DNA from: an uncultured Nitrospiraceae bacterium | Lineage (GTDB): Bacteria; Nitrospirota; Thermodesulfovibrionia; Thermodesulfovibrionales; Dissulfurispiraceae | Length of the DNA: 64,000 bases | Reading direction: 5' to 3' | Assembly: GCA_963705105.1 (NCBI GenBank) | Contig: CAVPIW010000005.1 | Span: 352,001 to 416,000, forward strand | Shown here: positions 50,334 through 59,106 of the stretch, in pieces | Numbering within the stretch: position 1 is the first letter of the stretch | Layout of the letters: every line of letters starts with the position of its first letter | Position numbers and translations under genes: made by a program | The notes under the pieces: generated by a model | What the model saw: only the letters and a program-made list of their open reading frames with translations | Databases searched by the model: none | What the model was told of the DNA's origin: nothing

Positions 50334-51593
50334 ATGGAAAAACTGATCATACAGGGCCGAAGGCCCCTGAAAGGGACGGTCGAGATCAGCGGCTCGAAAA
50401 ATGCAGCCCTCCCTATTTTGACGGCCTCCGTCCTCGCCTCGGGGACGAGCACAATCAAGAGGGTCCCGCGCCTGAGGGACGTCCTGACCCTGGGGAAATT
50501 ACTCTCTCACATGGGGACCAGGTTCGAATACGACGGGGCGTCGGCAGTGGTCGACACCTCCGGCATTCAGACCTTCGAGGCCCCCTATGATCTCGTGAAG
50601 ACAATGCGCGCCTCCGTGCTCGTCCTTGGCCCTCTCGTCGCACGGTTCGGCAAAGCCAGGGTCTCTCTTCCGGGCGGATGCGCCATAGGAGCGCGGCCGA
50701 TCAATCTTCACCTTGCAGCATTGCAGAAGATGGGGGTGCGCATATCGCTCGAGGCGGGGTATGTGGTCGCGCGGGCCGCCCGTCTCAGGGGCGCCTCCAT
50801 ATATTTCGATACGTCCACGGTAACGGGCACGGAAAATATCATGATGGCCGCGACGCTTGCCAAAGGCATCACGATCCTCGAGAACGCCGCCCGGGAGCCG
50901 GAGGTCATCGACCTCGCCAACTGCCTGATCTCCATGGGCGCCAAGATCAAGGGGGCCGGTGAAAGCGTTGTTGTCGTTCAGGGTGTCGATGAGCTGAAAC
51001 CGATAGGCAATTACGAGGTCGTTCCGGACAGGATTGAGGCCGGTACCTTCATGTCCATAGCAGGGGCCTGCAGCGGTGATTTGACGCTCAAGGGATGCAG
51101 GCCGGAGCATCTCGACGCAGTCGTCATGAAGCTGAAAGACACGGGGCTCGTCTTTGAGGAGACGCAGGGCGGTCTCAGGGTAAGGGGTCCGCACCGTCCT
51201 GATGCGCAGGACGTCAAGACACTCCCCTATCCCGGTTTTCCGACGGACATGCAGGCCCAGTTCATGGCGCTCATGGCGAGGGCGGAGGGGACGAGCGTCA
51301 TCAAGGAGACGGTCTTCGAGAACAGGTTCATGCATGTGGCCGAGCTGCGGCGGATGGGGGCCGACATTTCCATAGAAGGGGGCGTCGCAACGGTGCGTGG
51401 CGTTGACAGACTGAAGGGTGCGCCGGTGATGGCGACGGACCTCAGGGCTTCAGCCTCGCTCGTGGTCGCAGCGCTCTGCGCGAAGGGAGAAAGCTCAATC
51501 CACCGGATCTACCACCTCGACAGGGGATATGAGAAGATGGACGAGAAACTGCGTCGCCTCGGAGCCGACATCACGCGTGTTCCGGACCGTTAA
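50334..51593 (+). CDS. murA: UDP-N-acetylglucosamine 1-carboxyvinyltransferase
   Basis: [36 protein letters not shown]. Confidence 0.97.
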   Translation: MEKLIIQGRRPLKGTVEISGSKNAALPILTASVLASGTSTIKRVPRLRDVLTLGKLLSHMGTRFEYDGASAVVDTSGIQTFEAPYDLVKTMRASVLVLGPLVARFGKARVSLPGGCAIGARPINLHLAALQKMGVRISLEAGYVVARAARLRGASIYFDTSTVTGTENIMMAATLAKGITILENAAREPEVIDLANCLISMGAKIKGAGESVVVVQGVDELKPIGNYEVVPDRIEAGTFMSIAGACSGDLTLKGCRPEHLDAVVMKLKDTGLVFEETQGGLRVRGPHRPDAQDVKTLPYPGFPTDMQAQFMALMARAEGTSVIKETVFENRFMHVAELRRMGADISIEGGVATVRGVDRLKGAPVMATDLRASASLVVAALCAKGESSIHRIYHLDRGYEKMDEKLRRLGADITRVPDR

Positions 51594-51807
51594 CCGTTTC
51601 CTCCTCCCCGTTCTTCACAAAGAGGTGTCTCAGGCCGCTCCGCAAGGCCCTTTCACTCTTCAGCCATTTTTTCGATCCCGGACCGCACTTCCCGTGCCTC
51701 CACCTGCCCTGGCCGATGTACACACCCTGCCCCCTGTCAACAGGCCGCCCGCAGACGAAACAGAAGGTTTCCTGAAAAAGGGGGATCTGCCGCATCGTTT
51801 CACTCAT
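51571..51807 (-). CDS. Small putative zinc-finger protein
   Basis: CFVC...HGKC metal motif; 3' end overlaps the murA 3' end. Confidence 0.45.
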   Translation of the reverse strand: MSETMRQIPLFQETFCFVCGRPVDRGQGVYIGQGRWRHGKCGPGSKKWLKSERALRSGLRHLFVKNGEEETVNGPEHA

Positions 51808-51859
51808 GGACCTGCACCATTGTACCCCATCCGGAAGTCTTCGCGCCAAGCGACAAGGT

Positions 51860-52571
51860 TTACCAATCGTTGCATATGCCCCCATCGGAAAGGCGGGGTG
51901 AAGACCACCTCAAAAGTCATTAAGTCATTAAGTCATTGAGTCACTAAGTCATTGAACGACAGTCGACAATGGGAACAAAACCACGTACGTCACGACGGGA
52001 AGGCTGATGTGGTGAAAAGCCTTTCCTCTAAGATCCCTTGTGTATCTCCAGACCACCCTTTGCCGTGTCTATTGATGCCGAAAGCCCGTCAGGCAGCAGG
52101 CACTGAACACCTTGAGATGCCTCATCATCGCATTGGAAAGGCTTTGAATCATATCTGCCTTCCCGTCGGCAGCGACAGTGATACCGACACTGACACGGTC
52201 GCTCACACTATCACTGCCTTGCTGAAGTCTCTGTATCATCCGTTCACTGACACGGTCGCTCACACTATCACTGCCTTGCTGAAGTCTCTGTATCATCCGT
52301 TCACTGACACTGTCACTCACACTGACACTGCCTTGCTGAAGTCTCTGTATCATCCGTTCACTGACACTGTCACTCACACTGACACTGCCTTGCTGAAGTC
52401 TCTGTATCATCCGTTCACTGACACTGTCACTCACACTGACACTGCCTTGCTGAAGTCTCTGTATCATCCGTTCACTGACACTGTCACTCACACTGACACT
52501 ACCTTGCTGAAGTCTCTGTATCATCCGTTCACTGACACTGTCACTCACACTGACACTGCTTTATGAAGGTT
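51860..52571 (+). repeat. Composite family-1 element: left arm, (AAGTCATT)5, inner IR module, 57-bp tandem array, GAAGGTT end
   Basis: ATCGTTGCA...GGAAAGGCGGGGTGAAG; octamers 51914-51953; inner IR 51994-52167; array 52188-52567. Confidence 0.85.
52188..52567 (+). repeat. 57-bp tandem repeat, six full copies plus a partial copy
   Basis: Unit CACTGACACTGTCACTCACACTGACACTGCCTTGCTGAAGTCTCTGTATCATCCGTT, no spacers. Confidence 0.97.
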
Positions 52572-52612
52572 TACTTTTTCCTGGATTGTCATGTATCTTT
52601 AAAATCTGTATC

Positions 52613-53269
52613 ATGATCGACCTGCACACACACAGCATATTCAGCGATGGTGAACTGATTCCCGCCGAGCTCATCCGCAGGGCCTCTGCGATGGGATACC
52701 GGGCCATCGCCATCACGGACCACATGGACCACTCCAACATCGACCTCATCATCCCGAGGATCGTCAAGGCCGTCCGGGCGCTCAGGGATTATGTGCCGAT
52801 CGAGGTCCTTGCCGGCGCCGAACTCACCCATGTGCCTCCCCCGCTCATCGCGGATCTCGTCCGGGAAGCCCGGAAACTGGGCGCCCAAATCGTCGTTATC
52901 CACGGTGAAACGCTCGTGGAACCCGTTATTGAGGGAACGAACAGGGCCGCCCTTGAGTCGGGGGCGGACATCCTCGCCCACCCCGGGCTCATGACGGAGG
53001 ACGAATTTCTCCTTGCCAGGGACAGGGGCATGACACTGGAGATCACCGCCCGCAAAGGTCACAGTCTCTCCAATGGGCATGTGGCGAGGTGGGCGATCCG
53101 GCACGGGGTAAACCTCACGCTGAACTCCGACGCCCACGCTCCTTCGGACCTCATAACAGCCGGCTTCGGCCGGAAAGTGCTCGCCGCCGCGGGAATCGAC
53201 GAGCCGCAGGTGAATCACATTTTTCAACACGCAGAGTCCCTCGTCGAGAGGGCTATCAGGAGGGAATAA
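52613..53269 (+). CDS. PHP-domain protein (histidinol-phosphatase-like)
   Basis: DLHTH, TDH, ELTH, LAHPG, NSDAH. Confidence 0.9.
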   Translation: MIDLHTHSIFSDGELIPAELIRRASAMGYRAIAITDHMDHSNIDLIIPRIVKAVRALRDYVPIEVLAGAELTHVPPPLIADLVREARKLGAQIVVIHGETLVEPVIEGTNRAALESGADILAHPGLMTEDEFLLARDRGMTLEITARKGHSLSNGHVARWAIRHGVNLTLNSDAHAPSDLITAGFGRKVLAAAGIDEPQVNHIFQHAESLVERAIRRE

Positions 53270-53949
53270 TGCCGAAAATAATAAAGCGGATCAGCAAAGA
53301 AGAAGAGGGCGAAGAGACAATTCAGGAAACCGTTGACGACCTGCGGAAACGGCTGAAGGATAAACAGAAGACGCTCATTATCGGTCTTGTCGTCTTCCTC
53401 GCGGTCATTACAGTCATCGGCGGCTATTCCCTTTACAACAAGACGACGAACAGCGCGGCCCATGAGCTCGAAACCGAGGCGTACAAGGCTTATTACGGAG
53501 ATTTTCAGAGCCAGCCCGCACCTGCGCCGGACCGCTACCGGAAGGCCCTCGATCTTTTCCAGAAATCATATGAGAAGAGGAGCAGGCCCCATATTCTCCT
53601 GCACATCGCCAACTGCCACTACGAGCTGGGGAACTATGACGAAGCCGTAAAGGTTCTGAAGGATCTCACGGGCAAGTATGCCGACGCGCCCATCCTTCCC
53701 CTCTCCTATTACAAGCTTGCCATGACATACCTGAAGAAGGGCGATACAGAGAACGCCCTCGCAACCCTCGGCAATCTGTCGGCCATCAAGGACAGCGGCC
53801 TCCAGGACCTTGCCCTTCTTGAAAGCGGGAAGATCCTTGACGGGATGGGGAAAAAGGACGAGGCAAAGATCAAGTACAAGGAACTCGTCGACAGGTTCCC
53901 GAAATCGGCACTCGTCACGGAGGCGAAATCGAGACTCGGGGGAAGTTAG
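53269..53949 (+). CDS. Membrane-anchored TPR protein (YfgM-like)
   Basis: Single N-terminal TM followed by TPR helices; TAATG coupling to the upstream gene. Confidence 0.8.
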   Translation: MPKIIKRISKEEEGEETIQETVDDLRKRLKDKQKTLIIGLVVFLAVITVIGGYSLYNKTTNSAAHELETEAYKAYYGDFQSQPAPAPDRYRKALDLFQKSYEKRSRPHILLHIANCHYELGNYDEAVKVLKDLTGKYADAPILPLSYYKLAMTYLKKGDTENALATLGNLSAIKDSGLQDLALLESGKILDGMGKKDEAKIKYKELVDRFPKSALVTEAKSRLGGS

Positions 53950-53980
53950 AAAAAAATGTCAGTGTGGGTATGAGCATTTC

Positions 53981-54005
53981 GGGCCGTTCGGGGAACGGCC
54001 CCTAC
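53981..54005 (-). repeat. GTAG-type REP palindrome
   Basis: GTAG-GGGCCGTTC-CCC-GAACGGCCC between convergent genes. Confidence 0.75.
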
Positions 54006-54042
54006 AATGAGACGGACTGCCGGCTGAGAACTGCGGACTGCC

Positions 54043-55578
54043 TTACACCCTCTTGGTTTTGACGCGGCCTTTCGACTTGGATTTGACGACGGCCTTCTGG
54101 GTATCCTTCTTCGATTTCTTTCCCGGTCCCGAAAACGCGACGGTCTTCTTTTTCCCCTGAGAAGAGACGGAACAGGAGATCTGGTCATGCTTGTCCGTGG
54201 CGAACTTTTCCCTCGGCGGAATGAAGAGCACATCGCCCGCCTTCACCCGTTCGATGCCGCCCATGTTGTTAAGTGCGAGAATGGCTGAGACGGGAATGCT
54301 CTCCTTCTGAGACACCTTCTTGATGGTGTCCCCCTTCTTCACTTTGTATGTCTCGATGCTGAAATGGTCCTTCCTGGGGATCTCGCTGAGATTCTCCGAA
54401 AAGTCCTCCCCGCTGCCCTTGGGAACACGGACCGTGTAGGATGAAACATTCGGAGGCGTGCTCCATCTCCTGAGCTCGGGATTGAGGTCACGGATCTCCT
54501 TCACCGACGTATTCGCGCACCGGGCGATGATCTCAAGATCGAGGGGCTGATAGACCGTTACTTCATCATACTCCATGGGCTCCTGGTACGCGAGGCCGGT
54601 GAAACCGAAGTCCTCCGGCGTCTGGGCTATCATTGAAGCGGCGATGTAATGGGAGACGTAGGATTTCGTCTCGTCCCGTATCTGCTTGGTGTCGAGGAGT
54701 GCCCAGTAGTCCGTGGAGCCCGAATTCTTCAGCGCCCTCATGATCCTGCCTTCTCCGGCGTTATAGGCCGCAAGGGCGAGGTTCCAGGCCCCGAACATCC
54801 GGTAGAGGTCTTTCAGGTAGCTGGCTGCGGCCTCCGTGGATTTCACGGGATCTTTCCGTTCGTCCCTCCACCAGTCGACGATAAGCCCATATCGCTTAGC
54901 CGTCGCCTCGATGAACTGCCAGGGGCCGGCGGCCCGCGCCGGCGAATAGGCATGGGGATTGAATCCGCTTTCGACAATAGGGAGAAAGACGAGGTCTTCC
55001 GGCATGTCCTTTTCCCGGAGGACTTCCTTCATCACATCCATATACCGGGCGGACCGCTCAAGCCAGAGATGAAACCGCTCCTTCAGCCTGTCACTGAAGA
55101 GGAACAGGCTTCGCTCTATGGCCCGCTCGGCCCTTTGATTGGAATCAAAGGAGATCCCGAGGGGGGGCTCGAAGCTCCCGTCACCTTCATTCATCGCACG
55201 CAGGGTGGATATGACCGGCCGTTTATAGTCCCCGCTCACTGTCAGAAGTTCATTATTCTGCGATGCACTATCATTTCCCCCCTCCTGCGCAAGCGGGCTC
55301 CAGAGACGGACAAAAAGGCCGGAAGAAATCCCGGAATAACCGGGCAGGCCGGGGACAGCCGCCTCTTTCGGACATACCTGCTCCCTGGTCAGTGTGGGTA
55401 TGCTCCTCTGCTCGGACGGGACAGGGGTGAACAGGGTCGTCCCGTCGTGTATGAAGAGGGATTTCTTTTCCATGATATCTTTTGCCGGGGGAGGAGTTTC
55501 GATTTCCGCAAAGACTGAGGGCGCGAAGGACAGAAGGACAAACATCAGAAGGGCCAGCAACTTCCACGTCATCTCCAT
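54043..55578 (-). CDS. mltD: Lytic murein transglycosylase D-like (SLT + LysM)
   Basis: IVESGF, AGPWQF, LAAYNAG, ETKSYV, LNPEL, YKVKKGDT. Confidence 0.88.
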   Translation of the reverse strand: MEMTWKLLALLMFVLLSFAPSVFAEIETPPPAKDIMEKKSLFIHDGTTLFTPVPSEQRSIPTLTREQVCPKEAAVPGLPGYSGISSGLFVRLWSPLAQEGGNDSASQNNELLTVSGDYKRPVISTLRAMNEGDGSFEPPLGISFDSNQRAERAIERSLFLFSDRLKERFHLWLERSARYMDVMKEVLREKDMPEDLVFLPIVESGFNPHAYSPARAAGPWQFIEATAKRYGLIVDWWRDERKDPVKSTEAAASYLKDLYRMFGAWNLALAAYNAGEGRIMRALKNSGSTDYWALLDTKQIRDETKSYVSHYIAASMIAQTPEDFGFTGLAYQEPMEYDEVTVYQPLDLEIIARCANTSVKEIRDLNPELRRWSTPPNVSSYTVRVPKGSGEDFSENLSEIPRKDHFSIETYKVKKGDTIKKVSQKESIPVSAILALNNMGGIERVKAGDVLFIPPREKFATDKHDQISCSVSSQGKKKTVAFSGPGKKSKKDTQKAVVKSKSKGRVKTKRV

Positions 55579-55671
55579 ACCGCTCCTTTCCTCAATCCCC
55601 GGATCAGCAGTTCCGCAGGATCGATCACAGGCGTACGGGAGCTGCGTAGGGGCCGCTCCCGGTATGTGGCG

Positions 55672-56841
55672 CTATGCCGCCTTTTCCGCTGCTTTCTGTT
55701 TCTTTGCCGCCGCGGCCGCTAAAACCTCGGCGGTGTTGAAAGTACCCTCAATCGCCTGGACAGGGCACTTAGCCGTGCAGATGCCGCAACCGATGCACCT
55801 GCTCTGGTCGATGACATGCCTCTTTTTCGGTTCCCCGCTTGCCGCATCGACAGGACAGACTTTACGGCATGACTGGCATCCGATGCACCTTTCCGTGATG
55901 ACGGCCTTTGGCCGCTGGGGAATGTAATCAAAGATTGCGCTCGTCGGACACTTGGGGACACAGAGACCGCAGATCCTGCATTTCGTGATGTCGATCTTCG
56001 AGAGATTTCCCTCCACTTTCGGGGCATCGAAGGGGCAGACCTTGACGCACATGCCGCAGGCGATGCAACCGACCTGGCACTGCTTCCTCGTGACGACACC
56101 CTTTTCCTTCGAATGGCAGGCAACGAGGACCTGTTTCGATGCGGGAAGCACCTCGATGACCCTCTTGGGGCAGGCGGCCTCGCACTTCCTGCAGCCCGTG
56201 CACTTTGCGATATCGATGATCGGCAGGTGGTCCGCACCCATGGCAATGGCGCCGAAGGGGCAGACGTTGGCACAAGTGCCGTAGCCGAGACAACCGTACA
56301 GGCAGGATTTGTCTCCCCCGCCTGCAAGGACTGCGGCCCTGCAGTCCCGGACACCTTCGTACCGGAAGCGTTTCACCGATTTGTCCCAGTTCCCCTGGCA
56401 CATGACCCGGGCGAAGATGGGCTCCCTGATATCGGCCTTCTTGCCCGTGATCAGGGCGACCGCCTCGAAGCACCTCTTTCCGCCGGGCGTACAGAGGCTC
56501 GGCGACACGTTGGGGTCCTTCACCACCGCCTCGGCATACTGCTCGCACCCCGCATATCCGCAGGCGCCGCAATGGGCATGTGCAAGCACGTCCTTCACCT
56601 GCTCGACCCTCGGGTCGATCTGGACAGCGAACCTCTTGGCTGCAAAAGCGAGTCCCACGCCGAATATGGCGCCCAAACCCGCCAGAAAGACGACGCTGAA
56701 TCTCAGCAGCGACGGCAGGTCGACGGATTCCTTCGCCTCGACCCCTCCGCCGACACCGGCCTGCGGGATGAGGAAACTCGCGCTATCGATCAACCGGAGC
56801 AGCCCCTCGATGACCGCTCCAATGTCATGCACGTCTAACAT
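55672..56841 (-). CDS. rnfB: Rnf complex subunit B, polyferredoxin type
   Basis: TM anchor, CGACGYAGC, six further CxxCxxCxxxC-type motifs; last gene of the rnf operon. Confidence 0.9.
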   Translation of the reverse strand: MLDVHDIGAVIEGLLRLIDSASFLIPQAGVGGGVEAKESVDLPSLLRFSVVFLAGLGAIFGVGLAFAAKRFAVQIDPRVEQVKDVLAHAHCGACGYAGCEQYAEAVVKDPNVSPSLCTPGGKRCFEAVALITGKKADIREPIFARVMCQGNWDKSVKRFRYEGVRDCRAAVLAGGGDKSCLYGCLGYGTCANVCPFGAIAMGADHLPIIDIAKCTGCRKCEAACPKRVIEVLPASKQVLVACHSKEKGVVTRKQCQVGCIACGMCVKVCPFDAPKVEGNLSKIDITKCRICGLCVPKCPTSAIFDYIPQRPKAVITERCIGCQSCRKVCPVDAASGEPKKRHVIDQSRCIGCGICTAKCPVQAIEGTFNTAEVLAAAAAKKQKAAEKAA

Positions 56842-56949
56842 CTCTTTTCACCTCTTTTTGTGATCATAAACGGCCCTGCGGGATTCCTTGATTCATCCCT
56901 CAGAGGCCACAGCTTATATTGTACCACCGGGCCTTTCCTCCCGGCAAAT

Positions 56950-57309
56950 TAACCTTATCGTTGCAATAGGCCCCCGGAAAGGCGGGGCGAAGATGCCACC
57001 GAAAATAAGTCATTAAGTCACTAAGTCATTAGTCAGCAGTCGAAAGTCGGGACCACGCTGCGACTGCCAAAACGGGAAGGCTGATGTGGTGAAAAGCCTT
57101 TCCGCGAAGATACCCTGTTCATCCCCGGACCACCCTTTGCCGTGTCGATCGATACCAGAAGCCCGACAGGCAACAGGCGCTGAATACCCTGAAATGTCTC
57201 ATCATCGCATTGGAAAGGCTTTGAACCACATTTGCCTTCCCGGCGACCGTGTCGTTATCAGCAAGGCTTTTAGGCACTTTGTCCCGCCTTTTCATGCAAC
57301 TGCAAATTA
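56950..57309 (+). repeat. Composite family-1 element between rnfA and rnfB: left arm, (AAGTCATT)3, inner IR module, right arm
   Basis: TAACCTTATCGTTGCA...GGAAAGGCGGGGCGAAGATGCC; inner IR 57073-57242; CAGCAAGGCTTTTAGGCACTTTGTCCCGCCTTTTCATGCAACT. Confidence 0.9.
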
Positions 57310-57894
57310 AATGGTTATGAGCCCTGAAAAACCCGTAAATGCGAGGGCGATCAGCCCCGTAATGACGAAGGCCATCGGCAGCCCCCTGAAGGGCGCCGGC
57401 ACATCGGCCAGTTCGAGCTTCTCGCGGATGCTCGCCATGATGATGAGGGCCAGGGCGAAACCGATGCCCGAGCCGAGACCGAAGGAGATACTCTCGATGA
57501 AATTGTAGTGCTCCCCGGCATTGACGAGGGGAACTGCGAGAATGATGCAGTTCGTCGAGATGAGGGCGAGATAGATGCCCAGTTTGTAGTAGAGCCCCGG
57601 GGCCACCTTCCTCATGACGGTGTCGGAAGCCTGCACGAGACCCGCCACGATGCCGATGAAGACGATGATCTTCAGGAAGGTGATCTCCAGAGGGACCATG
57701 ATGAAGGTGAAAACGACCCAGCTCAGCGCCGCGCTGACCATCATGACCGCCGTAAAGGTGATGCTCATGCCGACGGCGGTCTCCATCTTCTTTGACACGC
57801 CGAAGAAGATGCAAAGCCCGAGAAACCGCGTAAAGACGAAGTTGTTGATCAGCGACGCCGATACGATGAGTTCAAAGATTCTCGTGAAATCCAT
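57307..57894 (-). CDS. rnfA: Rnf complex subunit A
   Basis: NNFVFTRFLGLC, LISTNC, IREKL. Confidence 0.93.
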   Translation of the reverse strand: MDFTRIFELIVSASLINNFVFTRFLGLCIFFGVSKKMETAVGMSITFTAVMMVSAALSWVVFTFIMVPLEITFLKIIVFIGIVAGLVQASDTVMRKVAPGLYYKLGIYLALISTNCIILAVPLVNAGEHYNFIESISFGLGSGIGFALALIIMASIREKLELADVPAPFRGLPMAFVITGLIALAFTGFSGLITI

Positions 57895-57914
57895 CGTCTA
57901 TCCCTCCTCCCGCA

Positions 57915-58541
57915 TCAGTGGGCGCCCGTCGCGCTTTTCTTGAAGAACCGGATGTCGATCCAGTTAAAAAAGGCCATCAGGATACCGACGGCGAAAAACC
58001 CGCCGGCAGGAAGAATCATTATGAGCAGAGGTTTTGCATTGATGAGAGCGATCCCCCAAAGGGCGCCCTTCCCGAGAAGCTCCCTGAAGAAGCTGATAAC
58101 AACCAGGGCGAAGAGGAATCCCAGCCCCATCCCGATACCGTCAAACATGGACGGGGTGATCGTATTCTTGCTCGCGAACATCTCCGCCCGCGCGAGGATC
58201 GAGGCGAAAGCGACGATGAGCTGTATGTACAGTCCCATTTGTTTATAAGCGTCCGGCGCAAAGGCGGCCATGGACATGTCCGTGACCGTCACCCATCCCG
58301 AGATGACAAGCATGAAGATAGGCAACCGTATCCTCGGGTGAATAAACTTTCGTATGAGAGAGATGGTGATGTTGACCATCACCTGCACGAAAAGCACCGC
58401 CACACCCATGAGGAAGCCGTTTCTCAGGCTCCCCGTGACTGCGATGGAGGGGCAGAGGCTCAGGGCGAGCTTGAAGATCGTGTTCTCTGCGATGATGCCG
58501 TTCTTTATGAGTTCCCAGTTACTTGGTGGTGCCAGCGCCAT
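57915..58541 (-). CDS. rnfE: Rnf complex subunit E
   Basis: LCPSIAVT, IRLP, RELLG, ILPAGGF. Confidence 0.92.
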   Translation of the reverse strand: MALAPPSNWELIKNGIIAENTIFKLALSLCPSIAVTGSLRNGFLMGVAVLFVQVMVNITISLIRKFIHPRIRLPIFMLVISGWVTVTDMSMAAFAPDAYKQMGLYIQLIVAFASILARAEMFASKNTITPSMFDGIGMGLGFLFALVVISFFRELLGKGALWGIALINAKPLLIMILPAGGFFAVGILMAFFNWIDIRFFKKSATGAH

Positions 58542-59106
58542 TGCCTTTCCCTCCCTTCACTGTCTTGACGAGAAAACCGAGTCCGTTCTTCACGGCGTCT
58601 TCGGTCACCGCCCTGCTCGATATGGTGACTCCCGTGATTGCCTGGATATACTCATTCGTCTCCGCCTTGACGAGCTTCACGTGATCGAGGTCCTTGCCGG
58701 CGAACTGACCCTTGAATGAGTCCGTCTCGATCTCATCCCCCAGGCCGGGCGTTTCCGCATGGCTGAGTATATCCACTTTCTGTATCTTGAGGTCCCTGTC
58801 GACGGCGATCAGGACATTGATGTAGCTCGAGTATCCCTTGCCGAAAGATTGGACCACATACCCGACTATTTCGTCGCCTTTCTTCGCAGCGTAATACTCG
58901 GCCTTCTTGTCGTGAATCGTCCAGTCGCCTTTCTTTTCGAATGTCGCACCTGTGATGAGCTTCTGGAGGGCCTCCTGTTTGGCCTTCTCGTTGTTGACGA
59001 ATATGATCGGCGAGGTTCTGGCATACACGACAGCGAGGATGATGCCTCCGATGACATAGATGATGACGAGATTGACGGTGATCTTTAAAATGTCCTTGCC
59101 TGTCAC
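58519..59106 (-). CDS. rnfG: Rnf complex subunit G
   Basis: HAETPGLG; ITGVTISS FMN-attachment motif. Confidence 0.92.
   Translation of the reverse strand: MTGKDILKITVNLVIIYVIGGIILAVVYARTSPIIFVNNEKAKQEALQKLITGATFEKKGDWTIHDKKAEYYAAKKGDEIVGYVVQSFGKGYSSYINVLIAVDRDLKIQKVDILSHAETPGLGDEIETDSFKGQFAGKDLDHVKLVKAETNEYIQAITGVTISSRAVTEDAVKNGLGFLVKTVKGGKGNGAGTTK

Noticed and set aside
51952..52566. 204-aa and 159-aa repetitive ORFs over the array
   Set aside because: They are open only because the 57-bp unit is a multiple of 3; no RBS, and they lie within the repeat element
52188..52567. Tandem array as a CRISPR
   Set aside because: Units are contiguous and near-identical, with no unique spacers and no cas genes
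53958..55402. Exact 15-mer GTCAGTGTGGGTATG at 53958 and 55388
   Set aside because: A few 15-bp matches are expected by chance in 64 kb, and the match does not extend
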